This document shows, piece by piece, positions 1 to 12,232 of a stretch of DNA of 64,000 nt. The stretch is taken from positions 143,096,001 through 143,160,000 of the forward strand of contig OX597818.1 in NCBI GenBank assembly GCA_951406725.2, written 5' to 3'. This DNA is from Octopus vulgaris. Taxonomy: Eukaryota. Both the position numbers and the translations under genes were made by a program. Below the pieces are notes generated by a model, which searched no databases, had not been told where the DNA came from, and saw nothing but the letters and a program-made list of their open reading frames with translations. Within the stretch, counting starts at the first letter, position 1. Every line of letters begins with the position of its first letter.

Positions 1-232
1 AGTGGTGGTCATAGATATTTGTCAGTTTGAGAATCACTGCATTATTACGAAAGCAGAAATATTTTCGAGTAAACTGATATTGCATAGCAACCTAACGAAT
101 GTTTCCATGCTAGGAGAAAGACTGGCAGTAGTGCAGCACTGTTTCAAGTTTTGGCACAAGGCCAGCAATTTCGGTGCAGTGGGTAAGTCGCTAACACCAT
201 TGACCCGAGTGCTCAACTGGTACTTCTTTTAT

Positions 233-464
233 TGGTGAGCTGGAAGAATCGTTATCATGCCGGGCGAAATGCTTAGCGGTATTTCGTCTGCCGTTACGTT
301 CTGAGTTCAAATTCCGCCGAGGTCGACTTTATCTTTCATCCTTTCGGGGTCGATAAATTAAGTACCAGTTACGCACTGAAGTCGATGTAATCGACTTAAT
401 ACCTATGTCTGTCCTTGTTTCTCCCCTCTTTGTTTAGCCCCTTGTGGGTAATAAAGAAATAGGC
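233..464 (+). mobile_element. tRNA-derived SINE inserted into an older antisense SINE; TSD acttcttttat
   Basis: B-box-like gagttcaaattcc and ctttcatcctttcggggtcgataaa core. 11-bp duplication at 222-232/465-475. Empty site in the units at ~3280 and ~7655. Confidence 0.85.
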
Positions 465-1989
465 ACTTCTTTTATCGATTCTGAAAGGGATGAAAGGCGA
501 AGTTTCATCAGTGGAATTTGAACTCAGAACATAAAAGACAGACGAAATGCTCCTAAGCATTTTGCCTGGCGTGCTAAAGTTTATTATGCTAATACTGTGT
601 TTCCCATTAGAAAGACGCCTTCCCTCACCCTAAGTGGGCCTCTGAGGATGACCGAAAATTGGGTGAATGTATTGTTCACACCCCCTTTTTTTTTACAAAA
701 TTAAAATTATTTTAAACATGGTCAGCACCATGACAAAGGAAGCAGAATTACGCTTTCTCATTAATAAAAAGGAAGAGTCCAAAATGTCCTAACTTTTTGG
801 TGGAAGTGGTGGTAAGAAGCTGGTATTTCTAAGACAACAAGTGTGCGAATGGAATTCCCATTTCTGTTAGGCAGGTGTCTTAATTCCTAAAACCTGGGGG
901 AAGGGAATGGATTTAGAAAAGAACATTGAAATTTTGAATCGAATTCACGGTACGTCTACATATTTTGAATAATTTTGTCCAAGGTATCCTTAATATTTTA
1001 AGACGTTATGTGTGTGTTAGGGCTATGAGAACTAAACTGTATGGGGGAGGGTGGCTGAGGAAGGTTTAGCTGTTATTTCTAGCGTGCCCAGCGAACACTT
1101 ACCTGCATGTATATTACTTGCGCGCAGATGGACGCACGAATTAAAACTCTCAGGAAGGTTGGTGTCGGGATGGGTGTGTGTATTCCAAAAACAAAAGAGG
1201 GATTCATTTAAAACAAAGAATTGAAATATTTTCCCTCCAGAATCGTAGTCTGTGGATATTTTTACACGGAATTTCAAAAATATTTTGAGAAAAAAGTTGA
1301 ATACAAAAATATTAGAGGGGTTTGGGAGACATTGAATGTTTTATTATTAACTTGATATGAGAGACAAAGTGGAAAGGAGTGTCGTTGAAAACATGAGAAC
1401 CCAAGAAGTATGTATGTGTGTGTGTGTTCGTTATTGAGGAGTTTACTGTTAAATGCGTAGCAAGTAAATTGCTTTAAGTTATGTCCGTTTATATGATGAG
1501 TAGGAATCGTAACGAGGTGGGTTTTCTCCGCAATGGCTCCAGTTTGATTAAGATAGAGTATGAATTAGTATAGCAGAGTAGCGAAGGCATGGACAATCTT
1601 TTTCGACTAGTGAACTGCATGAGATATTGCTCATCTTGAATCGGGTCATACGACTAAAATAAAAATTTAACATCGTATTTTGTTAGTGGTTTAGTCCGAT
1701 GAATTGTAGTGTATGACAGAGAAGTTATAAAAAGAGTTGGTATAATCATGGAATTGTTTAATATAGAAAAAGTTGAAGAAAGGCGGCAGGTTGTTATGGA
1801 AATGTGTATGGCTGTGTTTGTTTTATAATATATTTAATTATTTAAACGTCGCAGCAAATCTGGTAGGCCATGACAAATAAATTACTAAGCATAAAAACAA
1901 GAATGATAGAAGATTTGGTTATATAATAAAAGAAATAAAGCAAGATATTTAGTTTGAATAATGCAAAGAAATAAAAAAGAAAAAGAAAA

Positions 1990-2284
1990 GGTTGGAGTTC
2001 AATTATATCGAACAGGCTGCCAGCCGACGACTATTCACAGGCGCGATCCCACTACTGCTCGACACGGGGCCTTTTGCCTGCTGCGTTTCCGCCCTGGGCC
2101 GAAGCGACCCTCCTTAGACAACCTGGTCCTGATGAGCTCCCTCTCCAGCACCATATTGATGCCGAGCTTAGCGCGGACACCCGATCGCCATAGAAGACCG
2201 ACTACCAGGACTCCTATCCTCAAACCGGTCAACCAACCAAGCCTCCCAGTAGCTGGATTACAGGAGCACGCCACGACTCCCGGC
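1990..2284 (-). ncRNA. 7SL: 7SL / SRP RNA gene, copy 1
   Basis: Reverse complement starts GCCGGGAGTCGTGGCGTGCTCCTGTAATCCAGCTACT (Alu domain). It contains GATCGGGTGTCCGCGCTAAGCTCGGCATCAATATGGTG, a helix-6 GGAG loop, helix-8 CCCAGGGCGGAAACGCAGCAGG and CAGTAGTGGGATCGCGCCTGTGAATAG, followed by oligo-T. 295 nt, colinear with metazoan 7SL. Confidence 0.97.
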
Positions 2285-2320
2285 CATGGCACCTGTGAGA
2301 ATTTAATTAATTAAACCTAA
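2285..2320 (-). promoter_or_regulatory. Conserved 7SL 5' flank with AT-rich/TATA-like tract at about -17 to -30
   Basis: Minus strand TTAGGTTTAA(T/G)TAATTAAATT...CAGGTGCCAT(G/C) precedes all five genes. Function is inferred. Confidence 0.5.
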
Positions 2321-5188
2321 TTAGTGTTACTCGGGCCTTGTCCTTTTCTATGTTTAATGTTTTTTTAATTACTATTTTACATCTACACAAAGCAAATGCA
2401 AAAATTGTCTCTTGACTTAAAAAGTATTTCTTTCCACTTTTCTCATCATTATATACAGTTACGAGATGACAGCCTCATCTTCATTCGTAGACGCGTCATT
2501 TTGATACACAAGGGAGATAACGTCTATTTCCAACTCACGTCTAGTTCCGATACCTACTTGTTGGTCGTAGCCATTGGTACTAAACCGTATGACTATTGAT
2601 TGCATTAGAAGTTTTCCCCTCTCACGTCCCGAAATGAAGGAAAATATGCCTGTTATGTGGATCAGTGCATAAGATACTGATCCATATAAGTGTGCTAAAT
2701 GTATCTGACAACTGCAACTGGTTCACCCGTTATTCAATCCTCGCAAACTCATCTATTGAGGGGCTGCCTTTCTAATGAAAAACTATTGCACAATCGCCAG
2801 TCTTACTAGTAGTGTGAAAGTTGTCGATCTGTTATGTAATTTCAAATTACCGTGGTTTTGGAAAGGACACGGTGGACAATACAATCTAAAATATACGAAA
2901 ATACGGGCGAAATTTCTAAAAGCCAACAGAAACAGTATTTAACACTCAAGACCGGAGCAATTACAAATCTATATGAATCTGTAAGAGGTTCTTAAGGATT
3001 TTTAATTTGTCCCTGCCCCCCACTAAAAAGGTCCTACATCACTTGGCTATTAAAATTCCATTCATATCAATGGTGTAACTCGAGTGTGTGCCACCCAGGG
3101 CAAGTCTTAAGTTTTCCGCCTCTACTTCTTCGTACAGGTTTACGTAGCAAACCCAGAGGTGTTGTCCCCGTTAAAAGCGTCTCCCGGGGCGGACCGCCTC
3201 CTCACCACTCCCAATTACGCTACTGATTCACATCCAAGGTATGTTGTTGCAGTTTTTCTCAAAGTGCTCAACTGGTACTTCTTTTATCGATTCTGAAAGG
3301 GATGAAAGGCGAAGTCGACATCAGTGGAATTTGAACTCAGAACATAAAAGACAGACGAAATGCTCCTAAGCATTTTGCCTGGCGTGCTAAAGTTTATTAT
3401 GCCAATACTGTGTTTCCCATTAGAAAGACGCCTTCCCTCACCCTAAGTGGGCCCCTGAGGACGACCGAAAATTGGGTGAATGTATTGTTCCCACCCCACT
3501 ATTTTTTTTACAAAATTAAAATTCTTTTAAACATGGTCAGCACCATGACAAAGGAAGCAGAATTACGCTTTCTCATTAATAAAAAGGAAGAGTCCAAAAT
3601 GTCCTAACTTTTTGGTGGTTTTGGTGGTAAGAAGCTGGTATTTCTAAGACAACAAGTGTGCGAATGGAATTCCCATTTCTGTTAGGCAGGTGTCTTAATT
3701 CCTAAAACCTGGGGGAAGGGAATGGATTTAGAAAAGAACATTGAAATTTTGAATCGAATTCACGGTACGTCTACATATTTTGAATTATTTTGTCCAAGGT
3801 ATCCTTAATATTTTAAGACGTTAGGTGTGTGTTAGGGCTATGAGAACTAAACTGTATGGGGAAGGGTGGTTGAAGAAGGTTTAGCTGTTATTTCTAGCGT
3901 GTCCAGCGAACACTACCTGCATGTATATTACTTGCGCGCAGATGGACGCACGAATTAAAAATCTCAGGAAGGTTGGTGTCGGGATGGGTGTGGGTGTTCC
4001 AAAAACAAAAGAGGGATTCATTTAAAACAAAGAATTGAAATATTTTCCCTCCAGAATCGTAGTCTGTGGATATTTTTACACGGGATTTCAAAAATATTTT
4101 GAGAAAAAAGTTGAATACAAAAATATTAGAGGGGTGAGGGAGACATTGAATGTTTTATTATCAACATGATATGGGAGACGAAGTCGAAAGGAGTGTCGTT
4201 GAAAACATGAGAATCCAAGGAAACTTTTGGAAAGGAAAAGTGGATGGGTGGAGGGTAGTTACTATTTAGATATGTCCGTCTAAATGTTACTTTTGTCTAA
4301 TTCTCTCATTTAATTTCCGGAAAAATGATGGTGTGGCGAACTACCCTTTTCTTTACCACAGAGGTATAGGGCACCACTCCAAGACTTCGTCCCATATTCA
4401 TGTGGTTTACGTTGTTTGTGGAATTCTCACAGCGATGTCATTTTGTTATTTGAGAATGGGATAATTAAGTTCCAGTAAGTAAATGGGTGGATAATAAATA
4501 GCATTGTGGAAGAATTGTTTTGCAGGGTGGCGTAGTTAAAAAATGAATATAAATCCAGAAAAGTCAGAATAATGTCTAAATATAGTTTTGGGAAGGATAT
4601 AAGAAGTATGTATGTGTGTGTGTGTGTTCGTTATTGAGGAGGTTACTGTTAAATGCGTAGCAAGTAAATTGCTTTAAGTTATGTCCGTTTATATGATGAG
4701 TAGGAATCGTAACGAGGTGGGTTTTCTCAGCTATGGTTCCAGTTTGATTAAGATAGAATATGAATTAGTATAGCAGAGTAGCGAAGGCATGGACAACCTT
4801 TTTCGACTAGTGAACTGCATGAGATATTATTCATCACGAATCGGGTGATACGACTAAAAGAAACATTTAACATCGTATTTTGTTAGTGGTTTAGTCCGAT
4901 GAATTGTAGCGCGTGACAGCGGAGTTATAAAAAGAGTTGGTATAATTATGGAATTGTTTGATATAGAAAAAGTTGAAGAAAGGCGGCAGGTTGTTATGGA
5001 AATGTGTATGGCTGTGTTTGTTTTATAATATATTTAATTATTTAAACGTCGCAGCAAAGCTGGTAGGCCATGACGAATAAATTACTAAGCATAAAAACAA
5101 GAATGATAGAAGATTTGGTTATATAATAAAAGAAATAAAGCAAGAAATTTAGTTTGAATAATGCAAAGAAATAAAATTTAAAAAAAAA

Positions 5189-5483
5189 GGTTGGAGTTCA
5201 ATTATATCAAACAGGCTGCCAGCCGACGACTATTCACAGGCGCGATCCCACTACTGCTCGACACAGGGCCTTTTGCCTGCTGCGTTTCCGCCCTGGGCCG
5301 AAGCGACCCTCCTTAGACAACCTGGTCCTGATGAGCTCCCTCTCCAGCACCATATTGATGCCGAGCTTAGCGCGGACACCCGATCGCCATAGAAGACCGA
5401 CTACCAGGACTCCCATCCTCAAACCGGTCAACCAACCAAGCCTCCGAGTAGCTGGATTACAGGAGCACGCCACGACTCCCGGC
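5189..5483 (-). ncRNA. 7SL: 7SL / SRP RNA gene, copy 2
   Basis: Same 295-nt sequence as copy 1 with a few SNPs; followed by a long T-run on the minus strand. Confidence 0.97.
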
Positions 5484-8400
5484 GATGGCACCTGTTCGAA
5501 TTTAATTACTTAAACCTAATTAGTCTTACTCGGGCCTTGTCCTTCTCTATGTTTAATGTTTTTTACTTATTACTATTTTACATCTACACAAAGCAAATGC
5601 AAAAATTGTCTCTTGACTTAAAAAGTATTTCTTTCCACTTTTCTCATCATTATATATAGTTACGAGATGACAGCCTCATCTTCATTCGTAGACGCGTCAC
5701 TTTGATACACAAGGGAGATAACTCCCTAGTACAATTACCACATTAACTCGCAGATTATATGTGGTCGATCCATCTGCTAGAAAAGACAGCCAAATCTCCA
5801 TCATATCAAATCTTTCATCTGAAAAAAGAGAACGTTGTATTCGATAATCTAATCCTGAATGAACGAATATTTCAGTTCTTTTGATTGAAAGTCCAGATAC
5901 AATCGATTCATTGCGTCTTCGTGCCTTTCTCGCAGTGAGCAGGGACGGTGGTCCTGGAGTTCTCTTCCGATTCGATTTACGGTCGGGGCTGACTCACTTA
6001 GTTTTTGTTTCTTCTCAGGAATCCACACGCAGTGAAAATTTGTGCTCGTAGTTGTCCTTCTAGTCTGGCAGTTATCTAAGCTTGTCGACCCCAGTCATGC
6101 CACGAATATTGCGGTAGATACCATTTGTGCCTTCAAGAAACATGCTTAAAACAAGGGCTGAAGGGTGAGCCTCACTTCAGTGATTTTACCGGACACCGGA
6201 CATTGACACGGAAGTTTTGAAGTCGTCTTGCTATTACTTTATTAGTCACTGATTCTATATTCGGGTCATCTAACCCCTTGTCATGTCTTGCTTTTGACTT
6301 GGTGAGTTTTTAGCAACCCTCACCCCCGGGCAGGTTTAGCTGAGGATACGGTTCAGTCACTGACGCCCCAACGTGGCAATAAGTTCCCCTGCGTTACATG
6401 TTACCTGTGGTAATCGTGAACCACTTGACGTAAATCTTAATCTTACATATTTCCTAAATAGACGCAATACCTCATCATCACGTCTATTTCCAATACCTAC
6501 TTGTTGGTCGTAGTCATTGGTACAAAAACTGTATGACTATTGATTGCATTAGAAGTTTTCCCCACTTACGTCCCGAAATGAAGGAAAATATGCCTGTTAT
6601 GTGGATCAGTGCATAAGATACTGATCCATATAAGTGTGCTAAATGTATCTGACAACTGCAACTGGTTCACCCGTTATTCAATCCTCGCAAACTCATCTAT
6701 TGAGGGGTTGCCTTTCCTATGAAAAACTATTGCACCATCGCCAGTCTTACTAATAGTGTGAAAGTTTTCGATCTGTTATGTAATTTCAATTTACCGTGGT
6801 TTTGGAAAGGACACGGTGGACAATACAATCTAAGATATACGAAAATGCGGGCGAAATTTCTAAAAACCAACAGAAACAGTATTTAACACTCAAGACCGGA
6901 GCAATTATAAATCTATGTGAATCTGAAAGGGGTTCTTAAGGATTTTCAATTTGTCCCTGCCCCCCACTAAAAAGGTCCCACATCACATGGCTATTAAACT
7001 TCCATTCATATCAATGGTGTAACTCGAGTGTGTGCCACCCAGGGCAAGTCTTAAGTTTTCCGCGTCTACTCCGTACAGGTTTATATAGCAGACCCAGAGG
7101 TGTTGTCCCAGTTAAAAGCGTCTCCCGGGGCGGACCGCCTCCTTACCACTCTCGATTACGCTACTGATTCACATCCAAGGTATGTTGTTGCAGTTTTTCT
7201 CAAAAGTGGAGAAAGGCGTAGAGGAGCGAAGGGTCAGAGGTTGTAAAGACTAAAAAAGCATAGACAAATCGCTACATTAAATATAATGAAAATTATTTCG
7301 AATATTTAAAACTTGTCCAACACCAACCATGGCGAGGAAACAAGAATTGTATCGTTTTCTCATTGATAAAGAGGAGGCAGAGGATAAAATATTTCCCTAA
7401 TATTTTGGTGGTGTTGCGAGTGGTGTTGCGAGTGGTGGTGATAGATATTTGTCAGTTTGAGAATCACTGCATTATTACGAGAGCAGAAATATTCGAGTAA
7501 ACTGAAATTGCATAGCAACCTAACGAATGTTTCCATGCTAGGAGAAAGACTGGCAGTAGTGCAGCACTGTTTCAAGTTTTGGCACAAGGCCAGCAATTTC
7601 GGTGCAGTGGGTAAGTCGCTTACACCATTGACCCGAGTGCTCAACTGGTACTTCTTTTATCGATTCTGAAAGGGATGAAAGGCGAAGTCAACATCAGTGG
7701 AATTTGAACTCAGAACATAAAGACAGACGAAATGCTCCTAAGCATTTTGCCTGGCGTGCTAAAGTTTATTATGCCAATACTGTGTTTCCCATTAGAAAGA
7801 CGCCTTCCCTCACCCTAAGTGGGCCCCTGAGGACGACCGAAAAATGGGTGAATGTATTGTTCCCACTCCCTTTTTTTTCTTTACAAAATTAAAATTATTT
7901 TAAACATGGTCAGCACCATGACAAAGGAAGCAGGATTACGCTTTCTCATTAATAAAAAGGAAGAGTCCAAAATGTCCTAACTTTTTGGTGGTTTTGGTGG
8001 TAAGAAGCTGGTATTTCTAAGACAACAAGTGTGCGAATGGAATTCCCATTTCTGTTAGGCAGGTGTCTTAATTCCTAAAACCTGGGGGAAGGGGATGGAT
8101 TTAGAAAAGAACATTGAAATTTTCAATCGAATTCACGGTACGTCTACATATTTTGAATTAATTTTGTCCAAGGTATCCTTAATATTTTAAGACGTTAGGT
8201 GTGTGTTAGGGCTATGAGAACTAAACTGTATGGGGGAGGGTGGTTGAGGGTGATTTAGCTGTTATTTCTAGCGTGTCCAGCGAACACTACCTGCTAGTTA
8301 TTGTTCAGCAGATGGACGCACGAATTAAAACTCTCAGGAAGGTTGGTGTCGGGGTGGGTGTGGGTATTCCAAAAACAAAAGAGGGATTCATTTAAAACAA

Positions 8401-9563
8401 AGAATTGAAATATTTTCCCTCCAGAATCGTAGTCTATGGATATTTTTACACGGGATTTCAAAAATATTTTGAGAAAAAAAGTTGAATACAAAAATATTAG
8501 AGGGGTGAGGGAGACATTGAATGTTTTATTATTAACTTGATATGGGAGACAAAGTGGAAAGGAGTGTCGTTGAAAACATGAGAACCCAAGGAAACTTTTG
8601 AAAAGGAAAAGTGGATGGGTGGAGGGTAGTTACTAATTCATATGTCCGTCTAAATGTTACTTTTGTCTAATTCTCTCATTTAATTTCCAGAAAAATGATG
8701 GTGTGGGGAACTACCCTTTTCTTTACCACAGAGGTATAGGGCACCACTCCAAGACTTCGTCCCATATTCATGTGGTTTACGTTGTTTGTGGAATTCCCAC
8801 AGCGATGTGATTTTGTTATTTGAGAATGGGATAATTAAGTTCCAGTAAGTAAATGGGTGGATAATAAATAGCATTGTGGAAGATTGTTTTGCAGGGTGGC
8901 GTAGTTAAAAAATGAATATAAATCCGGAAGAGTCAGAATAATGTCTGAATATAGTTTTGGGAGGGAAATAAGAAGTATGTATGTGTGTGTGTGTGTGTGT
9001 TCGTTATTGAGGAGGTTACGGTTAAATGCGTAGCAAGTAAATTGCTTTAAGTTATGTCCGTTTATATGATGAGTAGGAATCGTAACGAGGTGGGTTTTCT
9101 CAAGCCATGGCTCCAGTTTGATTAAAATAGAGTATGAATTAGTATAGCAGAGTAGCGAAGGCATGGACAACCTTTTTCGACTAGTGAACTGCATGAGATA
9201 TTGCTCATCATGAATCGGGTCATACGACTAAAAGAAAAATTTGACATCGTATTTTGTTAGTGGTTTAGTCCGATGAATTGTAGTGTATGACAGCGGAGTT
9301 ATAAAAAGAGTTGGTATAATCATGGAATTGTTTGATATAGAAAAAGTTGAAGAAAGGCGGCAGGTTGTTATGGAAATGTGTATGGCTGTGTTTGTTTTAT
9401 AATATATTTAATTATTTAAACGTCGCAGCAAAGCTGGTAGGCCATGACAAATAAATTACTAAGCATAAAAACAAGAATGAAAGAAGATTTGGTTATATAA
9501 TAAAAGAAATAAAGCAAGATATTTAGTTTGAATAATGCAAAGAAATAAAATTTTAAAAAAAAT

Positions 9564-9858
9564 GGTTGGAGTTCAATTATATCGAACAGGCTGCCAGCCG
9601 ACGACTATTCACAGGCGCGATCCCACTACTGCTCGACACGGGGCCTTTTGCCTGCTGCGTTTCCGCCCTGGGCCGAAGCGACCCTCCTTAGACAACCTGG
9701 TCCTGATGAGCTCCCTCTCCAGCACCATATTGATGCCGAGCTTAGCGCGGACACCCGATCGCCATAGAAGACCGACTACCAGGACTCCCATCCTCAAACC
9801 GGTCAACCAACCAAGCCTCCGAGTAGCTGGATTACAGGAGCGCGCCACGACTCCCGGC
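9564..9858 (-). ncRNA. 7SL: 7SL / SRP RNA gene, copy 3
   Basis: Same 295-nt sequence; T-run terminator one base further downstream. Confidence 0.97.
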
Positions 9859-12000
9859 CATGGCACCTGTTCGAATTTAATTACTTAAACCTAATTAGTC
9901 TTACTCAGGCCTTGTCCTTTTCTATGTTTAATGTTTTTTTAATTATTATTTTACATCTACACAAAGCAAATGCAAAAATTGTCTCTTGACTTAAAAAGTA
10001 TTTCTTTCCACTTTTCTCATCATTATATATAGTTACGAGATGACAGCCTCATCTTCATTCGTAGACGCGTACAATTACCACAGCAACTCGCAGATTGTAT
10101 GTGGTCGATCCATCTGCTAGAAAAGACAGCCAAATCTCCATCATATCAAATCTTTCTTCCGAAAAAAGAGAACGTTGTATTCGATAATCTAATCCTGAAT
10201 GAACGAATATTTCAATTCTTTTGATTGAAAGTCCAGACACAATCGATTCATTGCGTCTTCGTGCCTTTCTCGCAGTGAACAGAGACGGTGGTCCTGGAGT
10301 TCTCTTCCGATTCGATTTACGGTCGGGGCTGACTCACTTAGTTTTTGTCTCTTCTCAGGAATCCACACGCAGTGAAAGTTTGTGCTCGTAGTTGCCCTTC
10401 TAGTCTGGCAGTTACCTAAGCTTGTCGACCCCAGTCATGCCGCGAATATTGAGGTAGATACCATTTGTGCCTTCAAGAAACATGCTTAAAACAAGGGCTG
10501 AAGGGTGAGCCTTACTTCAGTGATTTTACCGGACACCGGACATTGACACGGAATTTTCGAAGTCGTCTTGCTATTACTTTATTAGTCAGTGATTCTATAT
10601 TCGGGTCATCTGTCCCCTTGGCATGTCTTGTTTTTGACTCGGTGAGTTTTTAGCAACCCTCACCCCAGGGCAGGTTTAGCTGAGGATACGGTTTAGTCAC
10701 TGACGCCCCAACGTGGCAATAAGTTGCCCTGCGTTACATGTTACCTGTGGTAATCGTGAACGACTTGACGTAAATCTTAATCTTACATATTTCCTAAATA
10801 GATGCAATACCTCATCACACGTCTATTTCCGATACCTACACGTTGGTCGTAGTCATTGGTACTAAACTGTATGACTATTGATTTCATTACAAGTTTTCCC
10901 CTCTTACGTCCCGAAATGAAGGAAAATATGCCTGTTATGTGGATCAGTGCATAAGATACTGATCCATATAAGTGTGCTAAATGTATCTAACAACTGCAAC
11001 TGGTTCACCCGTTATTCAATCCTCGCAAACCCATCTTTTGAGGGGTTGCCTTTCATATGAAAAACTATTGCACCATCGCCAGTTTTTCTAATAGTGTGAA
11101 AGTTTTCGATCTGTTATGTAATTTCAATTTACCGTGGTTTTGGAAAGGACACGGTGGACAATACAATCTAAGATATACGATAATACGGGCGAAATTTCTA
11201 AAAGCCAACAGAAACAGTATTTAACACTCAAGACTGGAGCAATTACAAATCTATGTGAATCTGTAAGGGCTTCTTAAGGATTTTCAGTTTTTCCCTACCC
11301 CACACTAAAAAGGTCCCACATCACTTGGCTATTAAAATTCCATTCATATCAATGGTGTAGCTCGAGTGTGTGCCACCCAGGGCAAGTCTTAAGTTTTCCG
11401 CCTCTACTCCGTACAGGTTTACATAGCAAACCCAGAGGTGTTGACCCCGTTAAAAGCATCGCCCGGGGCGGACCGCCTCCTTACCACTCTCGATTACGCT
11501 ACTGATTCACATCCAAGGTTTGTTGTTGCAGTTTTATTCAAAAGTGGAGAAAAGCGTAGAGGAGCGAAGGGTCAGAGGTTGTAAAAACTAAAAAAGCATA
11601 GACAAATCGCTACATTAAATATAATGAAAATTATTTCGAATATCTAAAACTTGTCCAACACCAACCATGGCGATGAAACAAGAATTGTATCGTTTTCTTA
11701 TTGATAAAGAGGAGGCAGAGGACAAAATGTTTCCCTAATATTTTGGTGGTGTTGCGAGTGGTGTTGCGAGTGGTGGTCATAGATATTTGTCAGTTTGAGA
11801 ATCACTGCATTATTACGAGAGCAGAAATATTTTCGAGTAAACTGAAATTGCATAGCAACCTAACGAATGTTTCCATGCTAGGAGAAAGACTGGCAGTAGT
11901 GCAACACTGTTTCAAGTTTTGGCACAAGGCCAGCAATTTCGGTGGAGTGGGTAAGTCGCTTACATCATTGACTCCAGTGCTCAACTGGTACTTCTTTTAT

Positions 12001-12232
12001 TGGTGAGCTGGAAGAAACATTAGCACGCCGGGCGAAATGCTTAGCGGTATTTCGTCTGCCGTTACGTTCTGAGTTCAAATTCCGCCGAGGTCGACTTTAT
12101 CTTTCATCCTTTCGGGGTCGATAAATTAAGTACCAGTTACGCACTGAAGTCGATGTAATCGACTTAATACCTATGTCTGTCCTTGTTTCTCCCCTCTGTG
12201 TTTAGCCCCTTTTGGGTAATAAAGAAATAGGT
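12001..12232 (+). mobile_element. Same SINE insertion, unit 4
   Basis: Identical insertion point and TSD to 233-464. Confidence 0.85.

Noticed and set aside
1032-1277. Recurrent spacer ORFs (MKFRVKISTDYDSGG..., MQFTSRKRLS...)
   Set aside because: Inconsistent lengths and frameshifts among units; no recognisable domain.
2128-2150. CTGATGAG antisense to 7SL as a hammerhead core
   Set aside because: No downstream GAAA/stem III; it is the complement of 7SL helix 6.
1990-2284. Primate Alu or human contamination
   Set aside because: Contains the full S domain, is diverged from human 7SL, has no poly-A tail and sits in invertebrate-type repeats.
1961-2314. Repeated 85-aa and 115-117-aa ORFs (MPWPGVVACSCNPAT..., MQRNK...)
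   Set aside because: Shadows of the GC-rich 7SL RNA gene; the plus-strand frame is broken in copies 2 and 4.
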